From Acidimicrobiia bacterium (lineage in GTDB: Bacteria; Actinomycetota; Acidimicrobiia; Spongiisociales; UBA5794), in NCBI GenBank assembly GCA_041581135.1, contig JBFGCM010000003.1, positions 9,479 to 73,478 of the forward strand: a stretch of DNA of 64,000 nt, in the 5' to 3' direction. The translations under genes and the position numbers were made by a program. This document shows positions 10,601 through 18,324 of the stretch, in pieces (the first letter of the stretch is position 1; each line of letters begins with the position of its first letter). The notes under the pieces are model-generated. The model ran no database searches and was not told where the DNA came from. It saw only the letters and a program-made list of their open reading frames with translations.

Positions 10601-11034
10601 AGCTGGTGGGTGATTTCACCGGCGACGGCAAGGACGATGTCGTGTCCTACTACGAGGGGCTCGGGCGATGGTGGGTGAACGTGTCGACGGGCTCGACGTT
10701 CGTACAAGGACTCTGGTCGACGTACGCCACCACCTCGGGATGGCACCCGTACCTCGTGGGGGATTTCACCGGTGACGGCAAGGACGACCTGGCCACCTAC
10801 TACGAGGGGCTCGGCCGCTGGTGGGTCAACGCCGCCGCCACCGACACGTTCGAGCTGAGCCTGTGGACCACCTTCGGTACGCCGAGCGGGTGGACGATTC
10901 GCGTCGCTGGCGATTTCACCGGTGACGGTGCCGACGACATCGCCAACTACCACCCCGGTACGGGCCGGTGGTGGATCAGCGAATCGGGAGACAACACCTT
11001 CGACACGAGATTGTGGTTCGAACCGAGGTCGTGA
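7612..11034 (+). CDS. large secreted protein: signal peptide, multiple carboxypeptidase-regulatory-like beta-sandwich domains, C-terminal FG-GAP/VCBS-type repeat propeller
   Basis: RBS GGGGGA immediately precedes the ATG. Signal peptide MKPLRLMLALVVACTTVLAADAAHA. Recurrent G(S/T)I(D/T)GTVT...G..V.....DG.Y.I.GL..G.Y.V.F modules. Six 50-aa GDFTGDG(K/L)DD...G.G(R)WWV repeats at the C-terminus. Confidence 0.85.
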   Translation: MKPLRLMLALVVACTTVLAADAAHAAPGSIDGTVTVDGAVASGVTVAAFDVSNQLVGSDVTDGSGAYSIAGLDPADYRVRFDPGPGIGIEWYIDQYSWTTATPVTVPDGGAVAGIDGQLSTLTGSPGTITGTVTNSSTGDPIGGICVTAYTEFGSVVAGSDTSDSGGVYSIGVIETGQQVDFFKVEFVDCGIGVRLTEWYDDERNYEEATPVAVTRGQTTTGIDGPLDGAGEIQGMVRYQGGGQPDEYCINLFDATSGATFPLLADLESATAVGSPTYVVSGIVPGTYYLQAAPCSSGNLVPGWYGSIDGSFEDALGLVIGSDETFTGVDITTYRGNSAFTVLSTGQSATTDTGNGATAGDPLVSTLAIVGPGSFEDYVLVVEPATPRGPTPSELVPFGFETEIDVPPLPAGVTYAATFEIDAGVVPGGHDRLSLAVGYDGLLVPDCTGPDPVLPCVMSRTVQGDTDVVISVAGETSGIFSFGTPAGGVIRGSVTADVGGAALAGICVFGDVAGSTAAAVTTAVGTYALGLGLAGDVKVSFQDCADPVSPAYATEWYDNVPDAGAATTVAVSGGAIVSGIDASLAPAASIRGVVTDGSTGLPFVGPDQAPGVEGLCANAVAGGYRVGPPAWVQADGTYRLVGLSAGTFTVLVGPCGNEPAPGSYVPTWYDAAAGSVQPADAAGVVVTTGGETAGIDLTVDEGVSAHLLDAEAGEAVVLDLAAGIGVTLSHPSGGYLAAIVAPGSSGGGFLGLDVTLIHHNGGPGTPASATFTVPAASIPAGAAPFHLDPYFDGTTVVPCVVAGADPCSSAKYLSSGGHAVAVLAGAPGTWTFAYDVPPVLPGPWTDSFVGDFDGDGLDDLALYTESDGTWWVHRSSSYDFVPEWWATFSTTTGWSPQLVGDFTGDGLDDIVSYHEGTGRWWVNRSTGSSFVLEWWATFSTTSGWDPQLVGDFTGDGKDDVVSYHEGTGRWWVNRSTGSTFGLELWTTFGTKSGWGPQLVGDFTGDGKDDVVSYYEGLGRWWVNVSTGSTFVQGLWSTYATTSGWHPYLVGDFTGDGKDDLATYYEGLGRWWVNAAATDTFELSLWTTFGTPSGWTIRVAGDFTGDGADDIANYHPGTGRWWISESGDNTFDTRLWFEPRS
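10159..11031 (+). repeat. intragenic tandem repeat, period 150 nt (6 FG-GAP-like blades) with stretches of exact nucleotide identity between neighbouring units
   Basis: GAGTGGTGGGCGACGTTCAGCACCACG occurs at about 10258 and about 10408. TCGTGTCCTATCACGAGGGGACGGGTCGGTGGTGGGTGAACCG recurs one period apart. Confidence 0.85.
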
Positions 11035-11078
11035 CGCCCCGCCCGGCAGGGACGGGCGGTGCGGTCGCCGCCGGCCCT

Positions 11079-11654
11079 TCAAGGCAGCAGCACCTCGCGG
11101 ATCTTGGCTTCCAGATCGGCCTCGAAGATGGCCCCGTTGTGCTGGTCGACGATCTCGCCGAGCTCGTTGATGAAGAGCGTCGTCGGCATGGCAAATCCGC
11201 CGATCTCCGTGTAGATCGCGCCGTTGGCGTCCTCGACCAGGGTGTAGGTGACGCCGGTCTCCTCGGCGAGGCGCAGAGCATCCGGGCGCGCATCCTGGAT
11301 GTCGATTCCCACGAACGTCACCGCCCCGCCCAGCTTGGCGTTGACGGCCTCGAAGTCGGGCATCTCCGCGATGCATGCCGGGCACCACGAGGCCCAGAAG
11401 TTCGCCACCACGGGAGTGCCTATGAAGTCGGCCAGGGTGCCCTCCTCGCCGGTCGCGAAGTACTCGAACGGCAGGTCGGGTGCGGGATCGCCGCGCAGCA
11501 CCGGCCCGGCGGAAGGGACCGCGGTCGTGCCGTCCACGGCGGTCGTGGTGACCGGTGCGGGCGACTCGGTGGAGTCTGCATCGCCGCTGCCGCCACAGGC
11601 CGCCGCGACCAGGCAGAGTGCGGTCAGCGTCGTGACGAATGGTCTCGTGCGCAT
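11079..11654 (-). CDS. TlpA/ResA-like thiol:disulfide oxidoreductase lipoprotein (thioredoxin fold)
   Basis: ATG at 11652-11654 preceded by GAGG. Lipobox-like LCLVAAAC|GGS. Redox motif FWASWCPACIAEMP (CxxC). Confidence 0.85.
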   Translation of the reverse strand: MRTRPFVTTLTALCLVAAACGGSGDADSTESPAPVTTTAVDGTTAVPSAGPVLRGDPAPDLPFEYFATGEEGTLADFIGTPVVANFWASWCPACIAEMPDFEAVNAKLGGAVTFVGIDIQDARPDALRLAEETGVTYTLVEDANGAIYTEIGGFAMPTTLFINELGEIVDQHNGAIFEADLEAKIREVLLP

Positions 11655-11723
11655 GGAACCTCGAACGTGTTCGTACATTGCTAGAACGATGCGAGCCCGG
11701 ACGATGTTCCCGGGAAGTGTCGG

Positions 11724-13598
11724 CTAGCCGACGAGGTCGATCCCGTCGGGATCCTGGCTGGCGGCGATGATGGTCAGCGCGCCATGGGCGTCACCGATCA
11801 TCAGCGGCTGACCGCACGACGCATCGAACTTGATGCTCTGCACCACCGTGTCCGTGTCATCGAGGATGTAGCCGTACGTTTCGGCGGTGAACTCGGCCCC
11901 GCCCGCGTTGCCCACCGCGGCGGTGAATGGGCGGCCGACTTCGACAGTGGCGTCGTGGTGCGCAGGGTTGGCGATTGCGTCGGCGACGCTCCGATGCTGG
12001 CTGATGATGATCCGGGCCGTTGTCGGCAACACGCCGAACTCCTCGCACGTGTAGGTCCCCTCTGCCTGGCCATGCGCCGCCGGTGCTTGGCACGCCGAAC
12101 CGCTGTACAGGAATTGGAGCGCCATCGGCTTGCCCGGCTCGCAGCAGCTCTCTCCGTCGGCTGGCTCGTCATGGCCGCCCGGGTCATCCGGCATGCAGTC
12201 GACGATCTGCACCGCGCCGAACTCGTCGTTGAGGCCGAGCGGCTTGCTGCAAGAAGTGTGGAACTGGACCTCCTGCAGCAACGCCGACGTTGCCGGATCG
12301 AGCACGTATACGTAGGTGTCCGACTTGAAGCTGTTCTCGCCCGCGGCGGACGCCGATGCGGTGAAGATGTCGCCTACGGTGACGGAGTCGTCGAAGAACG
12401 AAGGCGCGACGAGCGCATCACCGAGGTCGCTCTCCTTCGTCACGATCACCCGTGAAGTGAGTGGCACCGCGCCGACGTCGGAGCAGGTCGCCTTGCCTTC
12501 CTGGGCGTTGGCCAGCGGCACTGCGCACGCCGCGCCCGTGAAGACGAAACTGAGGCCCTTGATGTCGCCGTCGGCGGCCTCGCAGCAGCTGTCGTCGGTG
12601 ATGATGCCGCTCTCGCCCGAGCATTCGATGACCTTGATCGCGCCGAACTCGTCACCGAGATCGAGCGGCTGGCTGCACGACGTGTGGAACTCGATCTCCT
12701 GGATCAGACCGTTCGTGTCGGGGTCCAGCACGTAGACGTAGGTGTCCGACTTGAACGTGCTCTCTCCACCGGCTGCTGCAGTCGCGTCCAGGGTGGCGCC
12801 GGCAGCGATGATGCCGTCGAAGTACGCCGGCTCGACCAGAGCGTCGCCCAGGTTCTTCTCCTGGGTGACGATGATCCGAGCGGTGGCACCGGGGGTGCCG
12901 AAGCCGGCGCAGAGGGCCTTGCCGCTTTGGGTGTTCGGCAAGGGGTTCTGGCACAGTGAGGCCGTGTACTCCAGGGTCAGCTTCGCGATCTCACCGCCGG
13001 CGGCATCACAACAGCTGTTGCCGCTGCCGCCGGAGTTGCACTCGACCAATGAGAAGCTGGCAAAAACCTCGCCGAGCGGAAGAGCCTTGCTGCACGAGGT
13101 GTGGAGCTTGACGAACTGTGCCACCGGTGTGCTGCTGTCCGGCGCCGTCCCCTGTTGGAAGACGGTCAGGTACGTGGAGCTCTTCAGTTTGTCGTCGCCG
13201 ACCACCCCGGCATCGGCCGTGAAGAAGTCGCCGTCGCTGACCGGACCGGCGAAGTAGATCTTGCCGTTGAACGATCCATCGCCGTCGAACAGGTCCTCGG
13301 GCTTCTTCTCCGACGCGATGATGTAGACGGTTCCGGGAGTGGGCTGGGCCCCGTCGCACTCCTCCTGCGCCTCTCGGGCGACGATGCCGCCGCCGTCGCC
13401 GACGGGCAAGCACGGCCCGGGTTGGTACAGGAACGTGAGATTGCGAAGGTCCACCTTGGGGTCGCAGCAGTCGGTACCGAAGCCGCTGACGTCCTGGGCC
13501 AGCGCTTGGCTCATCCGGATGGCCTGCACCGCGGGCGTGGTCCACGCGGCGGCGCCTGCCACCACTGCGCCACGCTTGAGCGCCTCGCGACGCGTCAT
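11724..13598 (-). CDS. Tat-signal secreted protein made of four tandem about 145-aa cysteine-rich repeats (unassigned domain)
   Basis: ATG at 13596-13598 preceded by GGAAGGGGGG. Twin-arginine signal MTRREALKRGAVVAGAAAWTTPAVQA. Four repeats each contain CC...C...C...TY.Y.LD...Q.I.FHTSCS.PL.LGDEFGA...C. Confidence 0.8.
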   Translation of the reverse strand: MTRREALKRGAVVAGAAAWTTPAVQAIRMSQALAQDVSGFGTDCCDPKVDLRNLTFLYQPGPCLPVGDGGGIVAREAQEECDGAQPTPGTVYIIASEKKPEDLFDGDGSFNGKIYFAGPVSDGDFFTADAGVVGDDKLKSSTYLTVFQQGTAPDSSTPVAQFVKLHTSCSKALPLGEVFASFSLVECNSGGSGNSCCDAAGGEIAKLTLEYTASLCQNPLPNTQSGKALCAGFGTPGATARIIVTQEKNLGDALVEPAYFDGIIAAGATLDATAAAGGESTFKSDTYVYVLDPDTNGLIQEIEFHTSCSQPLDLGDEFGAIKVIECSGESGIITDDSCCEAADGDIKGLSFVFTGAACAVPLANAQEGKATCSDVGAVPLTSRVIVTKESDLGDALVAPSFFDDSVTVGDIFTASASAAGENSFKSDTYVYVLDPATSALLQEVQFHTSCSKPLGLNDEFGAVQIVDCMPDDPGGHDEPADGESCCEPGKPMALQFLYSGSACQAPAAHGQAEGTYTCEEFGVLPTTARIIISQHRSVADAIANPAHHDATVEVGRPFTAAVGNAGGAEFTAETYGYILDDTDTVVQSIKFDASCGQPLMIGDAHGALTIIAASQDPDGIDLVG

Positions 13599-13842
13599 CC
13601 CCCCTTCCGCTCTGCCCTTGCCCATGTACGTGACTGCCCTTCCACGCCGGTCTGCGTCATTCCAATCTAAGGCAGCCACGCGCCAATGCCTATACGCCTG
13701 TGGTCGTATTTGCCGATCAACATGCAGTTGGCATCGGGTACGTAGGCAGCGATACGCGGGACGAGGGGCCGGCCGGGCCCGTGGCCGCAGGCGTCACGCA
13801 CCGCCGATCTAGCATCTCGCCAGCTACCGACGAGGACCAGTC

Positions 13843-15615
13843 ATGACGGCAGATGCATGGATCACGCTCATCGTGATCGCCGTGCTGGTGGTCATCTTCG
13901 TCACGGAGCGCATCGGTACCACCCTCGCCATCGGCGGAGCGGTGGCGGTGCTCTACGTGGTCGGGGTGCTCGAATTGCCCCGTGCCTTCGCCGGCTTCAC
14001 CAACGCCGCACCCATCACCGTAGGTGCGCTCTACGTGGTTGCCGGTGCCGCCGACATCACCGGCGCCCTGAGTGCGCTCGTCTCCCGGGTACTGGGCTCG
14101 GACTCCGCCACGTCGGTGCGCCGCTCGCTCGTGCGAGTGGTTGCGCCCGTCACCGCGCTGTCTGCCTTCATACCCAACACGCCGCTGGTGGCGATGTTGG
14201 CGCCCCGAGTGCAGACGTGGGCCCGTAACCGCGGAGACTCTCCGTCTCGGTACCTCATGCCGCTGTCGTTCGCCACGATCCTGGGCGGAGTGATCACGGT
14301 GTTGGGAACCTCGACCAACCTGGTGGTGAACGGTCTGCTGACGGATTCCGGCAACGAGGCCTTCTCGATCTTCGCCATCACCCGGGTGGGACTGCCGGTG
14401 GCGATCATCGGGGGCGCGCTGCTCGTGTTCGTGGCCCCCTTGTTCCTTCCGGAACGTCGGGCCCCGGTCGCCGATCTCGACGCCCCGCGGGAGTTCACCC
14501 TCGAGATGCGGATACCCGACGGAAGCCCGTTGGACGGCCGCACCGTCGAGGACGCCGGTCTGCGCGCGCTGGACGGGGTCTACCTCATCGAGGTGGAACG
14601 CGACGGAGCCGTGATCGTCCCGGTCGCCCCGGCAGAGACCCTGCGCGCCGGGGACCGGCTGGTCTTTGCGGGCAACATCGAACGCATCGTCGACCTCCAG
14701 AATCATCCCGGTCTCGTCATGGCCGAGGAACACCACTTCGGGGCCGATCGGGTCGGGCAGCGGTTCTTCGAGGCCGTGGTGAGCGAGACGAGCCCACTGA
14801 ACGGCGCCACGCTGAAGGACGTCGGGTTCCGCAATCTGTACTCGGCCGCCGTGGTGGCGGTGCACCGGGCGGGAGAACGGCTGCCGGGCAAGCTGGGCGA
14901 CACGAGGCTCAAGACCGGTGACGTGCTGCTCGTGGTCGGCGGTCCGGGGTTTCGTGACCGAATGCGGGACCTCTCCGACTTCTCGGTCGTTGCCACCTTC
15001 GAGGAGGCGGCACCCATCCGCCGGACCGGCTCCCGCATCGTCGGGGTGGCAGTGGTGGGCCTCATCGTGGTGACCGGAGCCGGCCTCGTCGATCTCACCC
15101 GGGCTGCCGTAGCGGTGGCGCTGGGACTCGTCGTGCTGCGGGTGGTGACGCCGGCGGAGGCCAGGCGCTCCGTCAACCTGAGCATCATCCTGATGATCGC
15201 CTTCGCGTTCGGGCTGGGAAATGCGGTGGCAGACAGCGGATTGGCCAACCTCGCCGCCTCCCGCCTGCTCGACGCCATGGGTGGATTGGGTGACGTGGGA
15301 GTGCTGGCCGGAATCCTCATCGCCACGGTGATCGCCACCGAGCTGCTGTCGAACAACGCCGCCGCGGCGCTGATGTTCCCGATAGCCGTCTCGGTCTCGG
15401 TCGAGACCGGTATCGCCCTCGAACCACTGGCGATGGGCATCATGATGATGGCGTCGTCGTCGTACCTGACCCCGATCGGCTACCAGACCAACACGATGGT
15501 GTACGGCATGGGCGGATACCGGTTCACCGATTTCGCCCGGGTCGGGCTGCCGTTGACAGTGGTGGCGGTGGTGGCGACGCTCCTCATCACCCCGCTCGCG
15601 TTTCCCCTCCGCTGA
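13843..15615 (+). CDS. SLC13/DASS-family anion permease with two central TrkA-C (RCK_C) domains
   Basis: 590 aa with hydrophobic N- and C-terminal halves. Two soluble inserts resemble TrkA-C (LEMRIPDGSPLDGRTVEDAGLR...GDRLVFAG and VVSETSPLNGATLKDVGFR...GDVLLVVG). Confidence 0.8.
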   Translation: MTADAWITLIVIAVLVVIFVTERIGTTLAIGGAVAVLYVVGVLELPRAFAGFTNAAPITVGALYVVAGAADITGALSALVSRVLGSDSATSVRRSLVRVVAPVTALSAFIPNTPLVAMLAPRVQTWARNRGDSPSRYLMPLSFATILGGVITVLGTSTNLVVNGLLTDSGNEAFSIFAITRVGLPVAIIGGALLVFVAPLFLPERRAPVADLDAPREFTLEMRIPDGSPLDGRTVEDAGLRALDGVYLIEVERDGAVIVPVAPAETLRAGDRLVFAGNIERIVDLQNHPGLVMAEEHHFGADRVGQRFFEAVVSETSPLNGATLKDVGFRNLYSAAVVAVHRAGERLPGKLGDTRLKTGDVLLVVGGPGFRDRMRDLSDFSVVATFEEAAPIRRTGSRIVGVAVVGLIVVTGAGLVDLTRAAVAVALGLVVLRVVTPAEARRSVNLSIILMIAFAFGLGNAVADSGLANLAASRLLDAMGGLGDVGVLAGILIATVIATELLSNNAAAALMFPIAVSVSVETGIALEPLAMGIMMMASSSYLTPIGYQTNTMVYGMGGYRFTDFARVGLPLTVVAVVATLLITPLAFPLR

Positions 15616-15652
15616 ACTCGAGGCCGCCGCCGACGCGTACACTTCCGGTCCC

Positions 15653-16474
15653 ATGCGACCCACGATTGCCATCCTCGGTGCCGGCAGCCTCGGCGAGATC
15701 TTCGCCAAGGGATTGCTGCGCGCCGGCTGGGAACCCACAGAACTGGTGCTGGCGGCGCGCCGCGCCGAACGTGCCGTCGAGGCCGAGAAGGCCACCGGCG
15801 TCACCACGCTGCTGGACGCCTCCGAGGCGGCAGCAGGGCGCGAGGTCGTGATCCTGGCGGTGAAGCCCAAGGACGCCGTCGGCCTGTTGCACACGCTCCA
15901 GGGGACCATCCAGGCGGGGCAGGTGGTGGTTTCGGTGATGGCGGGTGTGCCCCTTGCGGTGTTCGAGCGGGAACTGCCCGGCATCGCGGTGATCCGGGCC
16001 ATGCCCAACACGCCGGCGGCTGTCGACGAAGGCATGACGGCCTTTTGCGGCGGCACGTTCGCCGACGACCCGGCCCTGGCGGTCGCCGAGACCGTCCTCG
16101 GCGCCGTCGGAGAGACCATCCATCTCTCGGAGGACCTCCTCGATGCGGTCACGGCGGTCTCGGGCACGGGTCCGGCCTACATCTTCCTCCTCGCCGAAGC
16201 GATGACGGATGCCGCCATCCGTGAGGGTCTTCCGCGTGACGCCGCCGTGAAGCTGGTCGATCAGACGCTGCGAGGCTCCGGCAAGCTGGTCGCCGAGTCA
16301 CACCTCCCGCCGGTGGAGCTGCGTGCCCAGGTCACCTCCCCCGGCGGTACGACCGCGGCTGCGGTTCACGTGCTCGAGGAGGGCGGGTTCCGGGCACTCA
16401 TGGAAGACGCCGTGCGTGCCGCTGCGGCCCGCTCCCGTGAGATGGGGGCCCGGGCCGCCGCCGACGAGGAGTAG
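15653..16474 (+). CDS. proC: pyrroline-5-carboxylate reductase
   Basis: N-terminal ILGAGSLGEIFAKGLL dinucleotide fold. The signature VTSPGGTTAAAV lies near the C-terminus. 273 aa. Confidence 0.92.
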   Translation: MRPTIAILGAGSLGEIFAKGLLRAGWEPTELVLAARRAERAVEAEKATGVTTLLDASEAAAGREVVILAVKPKDAVGLLHTLQGTIQAGQVVVSVMAGVPLAVFERELPGIAVIRAMPNTPAAVDEGMTAFCGGTFADDPALAVAETVLGAVGETIHLSEDLLDAVTAVSGTGPAYIFLLAEAMTDAAIREGLPRDAAVKLVDQTLRGSGKLVAESHLPPVELRAQVTSPGGTTAAAVHVLEEGGFRALMEDAVRAAAARSREMGARAAADEE

Positions 16475-16518
16475 GGGGCGTGTCGTCGGCGGCGGGTGGC
16501 CCGCGGCCTTGCGGTCGG

Positions 16519-17535
16519 CTATCCGCGGCGGTTGCTCGTGAAGGTGAACACCGCCGTGTTGCCGAGACCGTCGGAGAGCGTCACGTCGAACGGCTCTCCG
16601 TAGGGCGCCGACGGGAACACCATCTTGATGTGCCATCTGCCGGCGTCGTCGGCGACGTCTGAGCGAGAGCCGTACGGGGAGGATGCCGTAACGGTGGCTC
16701 CCGGCACCGCCGTGCCGATGTAGACCTCATACGCGATACGCTTACCGGTACGGCCGTAGGCCTGGTAGGCGACGAACTGAGGCGGGGATTCGTCCCCTCC
16801 GTGGTCGCCGCTGCGACTGGATCCTTGGTCCACGGAGTCGTGACTACTGCTGGTGTCGTGGCTGTCACCAGGGTTGTCGGACAAAGGAGTCGCAGTGGCG
16901 ACCCCGGCTGGGTCGAACTGGACGAAGATCTGCGTGGTCGTCGTGTTGCCGGAGGCATCGGTAGCGGTCAGCTCCGCAGCGTTCGTGCCCGGCTCGAGCA
17001 CCAACACCATGTACCAATTGCCGTCGGCGTCCACATCGGCCTCGTAGATCCCCGTGCTGATCTTCGCCCCCGGCTCGGTCGTGCCCTCGAAGAGGACATG
17101 GTCCACTTCGAAGACCTGACCGTCCGCGGGCGACGTGATCATCAGGGTCGGGGGGTTCGTGTCGGGGGAGGGAGCGGGGATGGCGTCCGCCTCTTCGAGC
17201 GGCGGCATGGATTCTGTCAGCCTGGCGTCCTCCGGGAGCACGGAGTCGGCACGGCGTTCGGGACGCACGGTGACGGTCGGCGGCTCGGGGGGCGCCTCGA
17301 CTCGTATCTGCGGCTGCGTCGCGGCCGGCGGCTGTTCCTGGATCTCGGGGGCGGTCTGTAGCCAGGCTGCGCCCACGATGAGGCCGACGATGGCAACGCC
17401 GGCAACCATCAGCTGGCGAGCCTGTCGGATGCGGCGCTTACGCCGGATCCGGCGCAGTCCTGCGCTCGGGGAGACGGTGACGACGGCCTCTTCCATCGTG
17501 GTGGCGGCCTGGCGGGCGCGAGCTTCGAACGTCAT
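16519..17535 (-). CDS. membrane-anchored anti-sigma-factor-like protein with extracytoplasmic Ig-like domains
   Basis: The ATG overlaps the sigma gene stop (ATGA, 17532-17535). Short cytoplasmic N-terminus, one TM (LMVAGVAIVGLIVGAAWL), Pro-rich linker and beta-rich ectodomain. The long N-terminal extension of the tracked ORF overlaps the sigma gene and was discarded. Confidence 0.65.
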   Translation of the reverse strand: MTFEARARQAATTMEEAVVTVSPSAGLRRIRRKRRIRQARQLMVAGVAIVGLIVGAAWLQTAPEIQEQPPAATQPQIRVEAPPEPPTVTVRPERRADSVLPEDARLTESMPPLEEADAIPAPSPDTNPPTLMITSPADGQVFEVDHVLFEGTTEPGAKISTGIYEADVDADGNWYMVLVLEPGTNAAELTATDASGNTTTTQIFVQFDPAGVATATPLSDNPGDSHDTSSSHDSVDQGSSRSGDHGGDESPPQFVAYQAYGRTGKRIAYEVYIGTAVPGATVTASSPYGSRSDVADDAGRWHIKMVFPSAPYGEPFDVTLSDGLGNTAVFTFTSNRRG

Positions 17536-18116
17536 CGCAAGTCCTCGATGTGGAGACGCTTGGCGATGGCCTTGCGACCCTTGAACAGGTGGACCCGTAC
17601 CGTGGCCTCGGTGCAGCGGAGCACTTCGGCGATCTCGGACACGGGCCGATCCTCGAGGTAGTGGAGAGCGATGGCCTGAGCTTGCCGTTTCGGCAGCTTG
17701 CGGACCGCATGCCAGAACTCGTGGTCCTCGGGCATCAGCTGGGAGACCTGAGGCTCGTGCCGCATCCGGGCCACTGCCTTGGCCTCCCGCACCTTGGTGC
17801 GGAACATCGACACGGAGATGTTCGAGACCACGCGTCGCACCCACAGCTCGGGTCGTTCGAACTTGCCGATGCGGTCCCAGTCCTTGTGCGCCGCCAGGAA
17901 CGCGTCCTGGGCGATGTCCTCGGCGATGTGGCGGCTGCCGGACAACGCATACGCCAAGCCCACGGTGGCCCGGTAGTTGGCGTGGTAGAAGGTCTCGAAT
18001 TGTGGCGCGACCTGGATCACCGGAGGTGCGTCGGGTGCGTCGGAATGCGGCGTCTGTGCTGCCGACCGCGAGAGGCGGCCGGAAGAACGCTGCTTGTGCC
18101 GGTGGTGCGCCTTCAT
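17532..18116 (-). CDS. ECF-type RNA polymerase sigma factor (sigma-70 family, group 4)
   Basis: Region 2 (IAEDIAQDAFLAAHKDW) and region 4 HTH (LPKRQAQAIALHYLEDRPVSEIAEVLRCTEATVRVHLFKGRKAI). Confidence 0.88.
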   Translation of the reverse strand: MKAHHRHKQRSSGRLSRSAAQTPHSDAPDAPPVIQVAPQFETFYHANYRATVGLAYALSGSRHIAEDIAQDAFLAAHKDWDRIGKFERPELWVRRVVSNISVSMFRTKVREAKAVARMRHEPQVSQLMPEDHEFWHAVRKLPKRQAQAIALHYLEDRPVSEIAEVLRCTEATVRVHLFKGRKAIAKRLHIEDLR

Positions 18117-18324
18117 CTGTGTATCAATCGCTCCAGCGGCCCGAAACGTTTACTCCGATTTGGCGGGATGTGTCTCCCGACCCGGAGGATCGTCGTGTAG
18201 GTGCTGGTCGATCTGGTTCGCGTGCAGGTTGGTGGCGCCAGCCAAGCACGGCGGACGCGCGATGCGTCGCCTTTAAGGTATCCCCCGTCACGTAGGTCAC
18301 ACGACTGGAGGGTCCGGGCTTCCC

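Noticed and set aside
13717-16167. 816-aa minus-strand ORF, and similar long antisense ORFs: 3398..4582 (-), 28073..29566 (+), 34681..37215 (-), 47140..49653 (+), 25246..26604 (+), 61179..62081 (+) and 62112..63284 (+)
   Set aside because: Each lies antisense to, or out of frame with, a CDS that has clear family motifs. Their translations are dominated by Arg, Gly, Pro, His and Asp runs typical of shadow frames in high-GC DNA. None shows a recognisable motif.
16519-17844. Long N-terminal extensions of tracked ORFs (16519..17844, 59623..61848, 40275..41627, 27356..29761, 58760..59737, 53165..54712, 46318..50031, 21207..23633)
   Set aside because: The extensions overlap upstream genes and are Arg/Pro-rich. 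Internal starts give ATGA-type coupling, good RBSs or normal family lengths, so the CDSs were trimmed to those starts.
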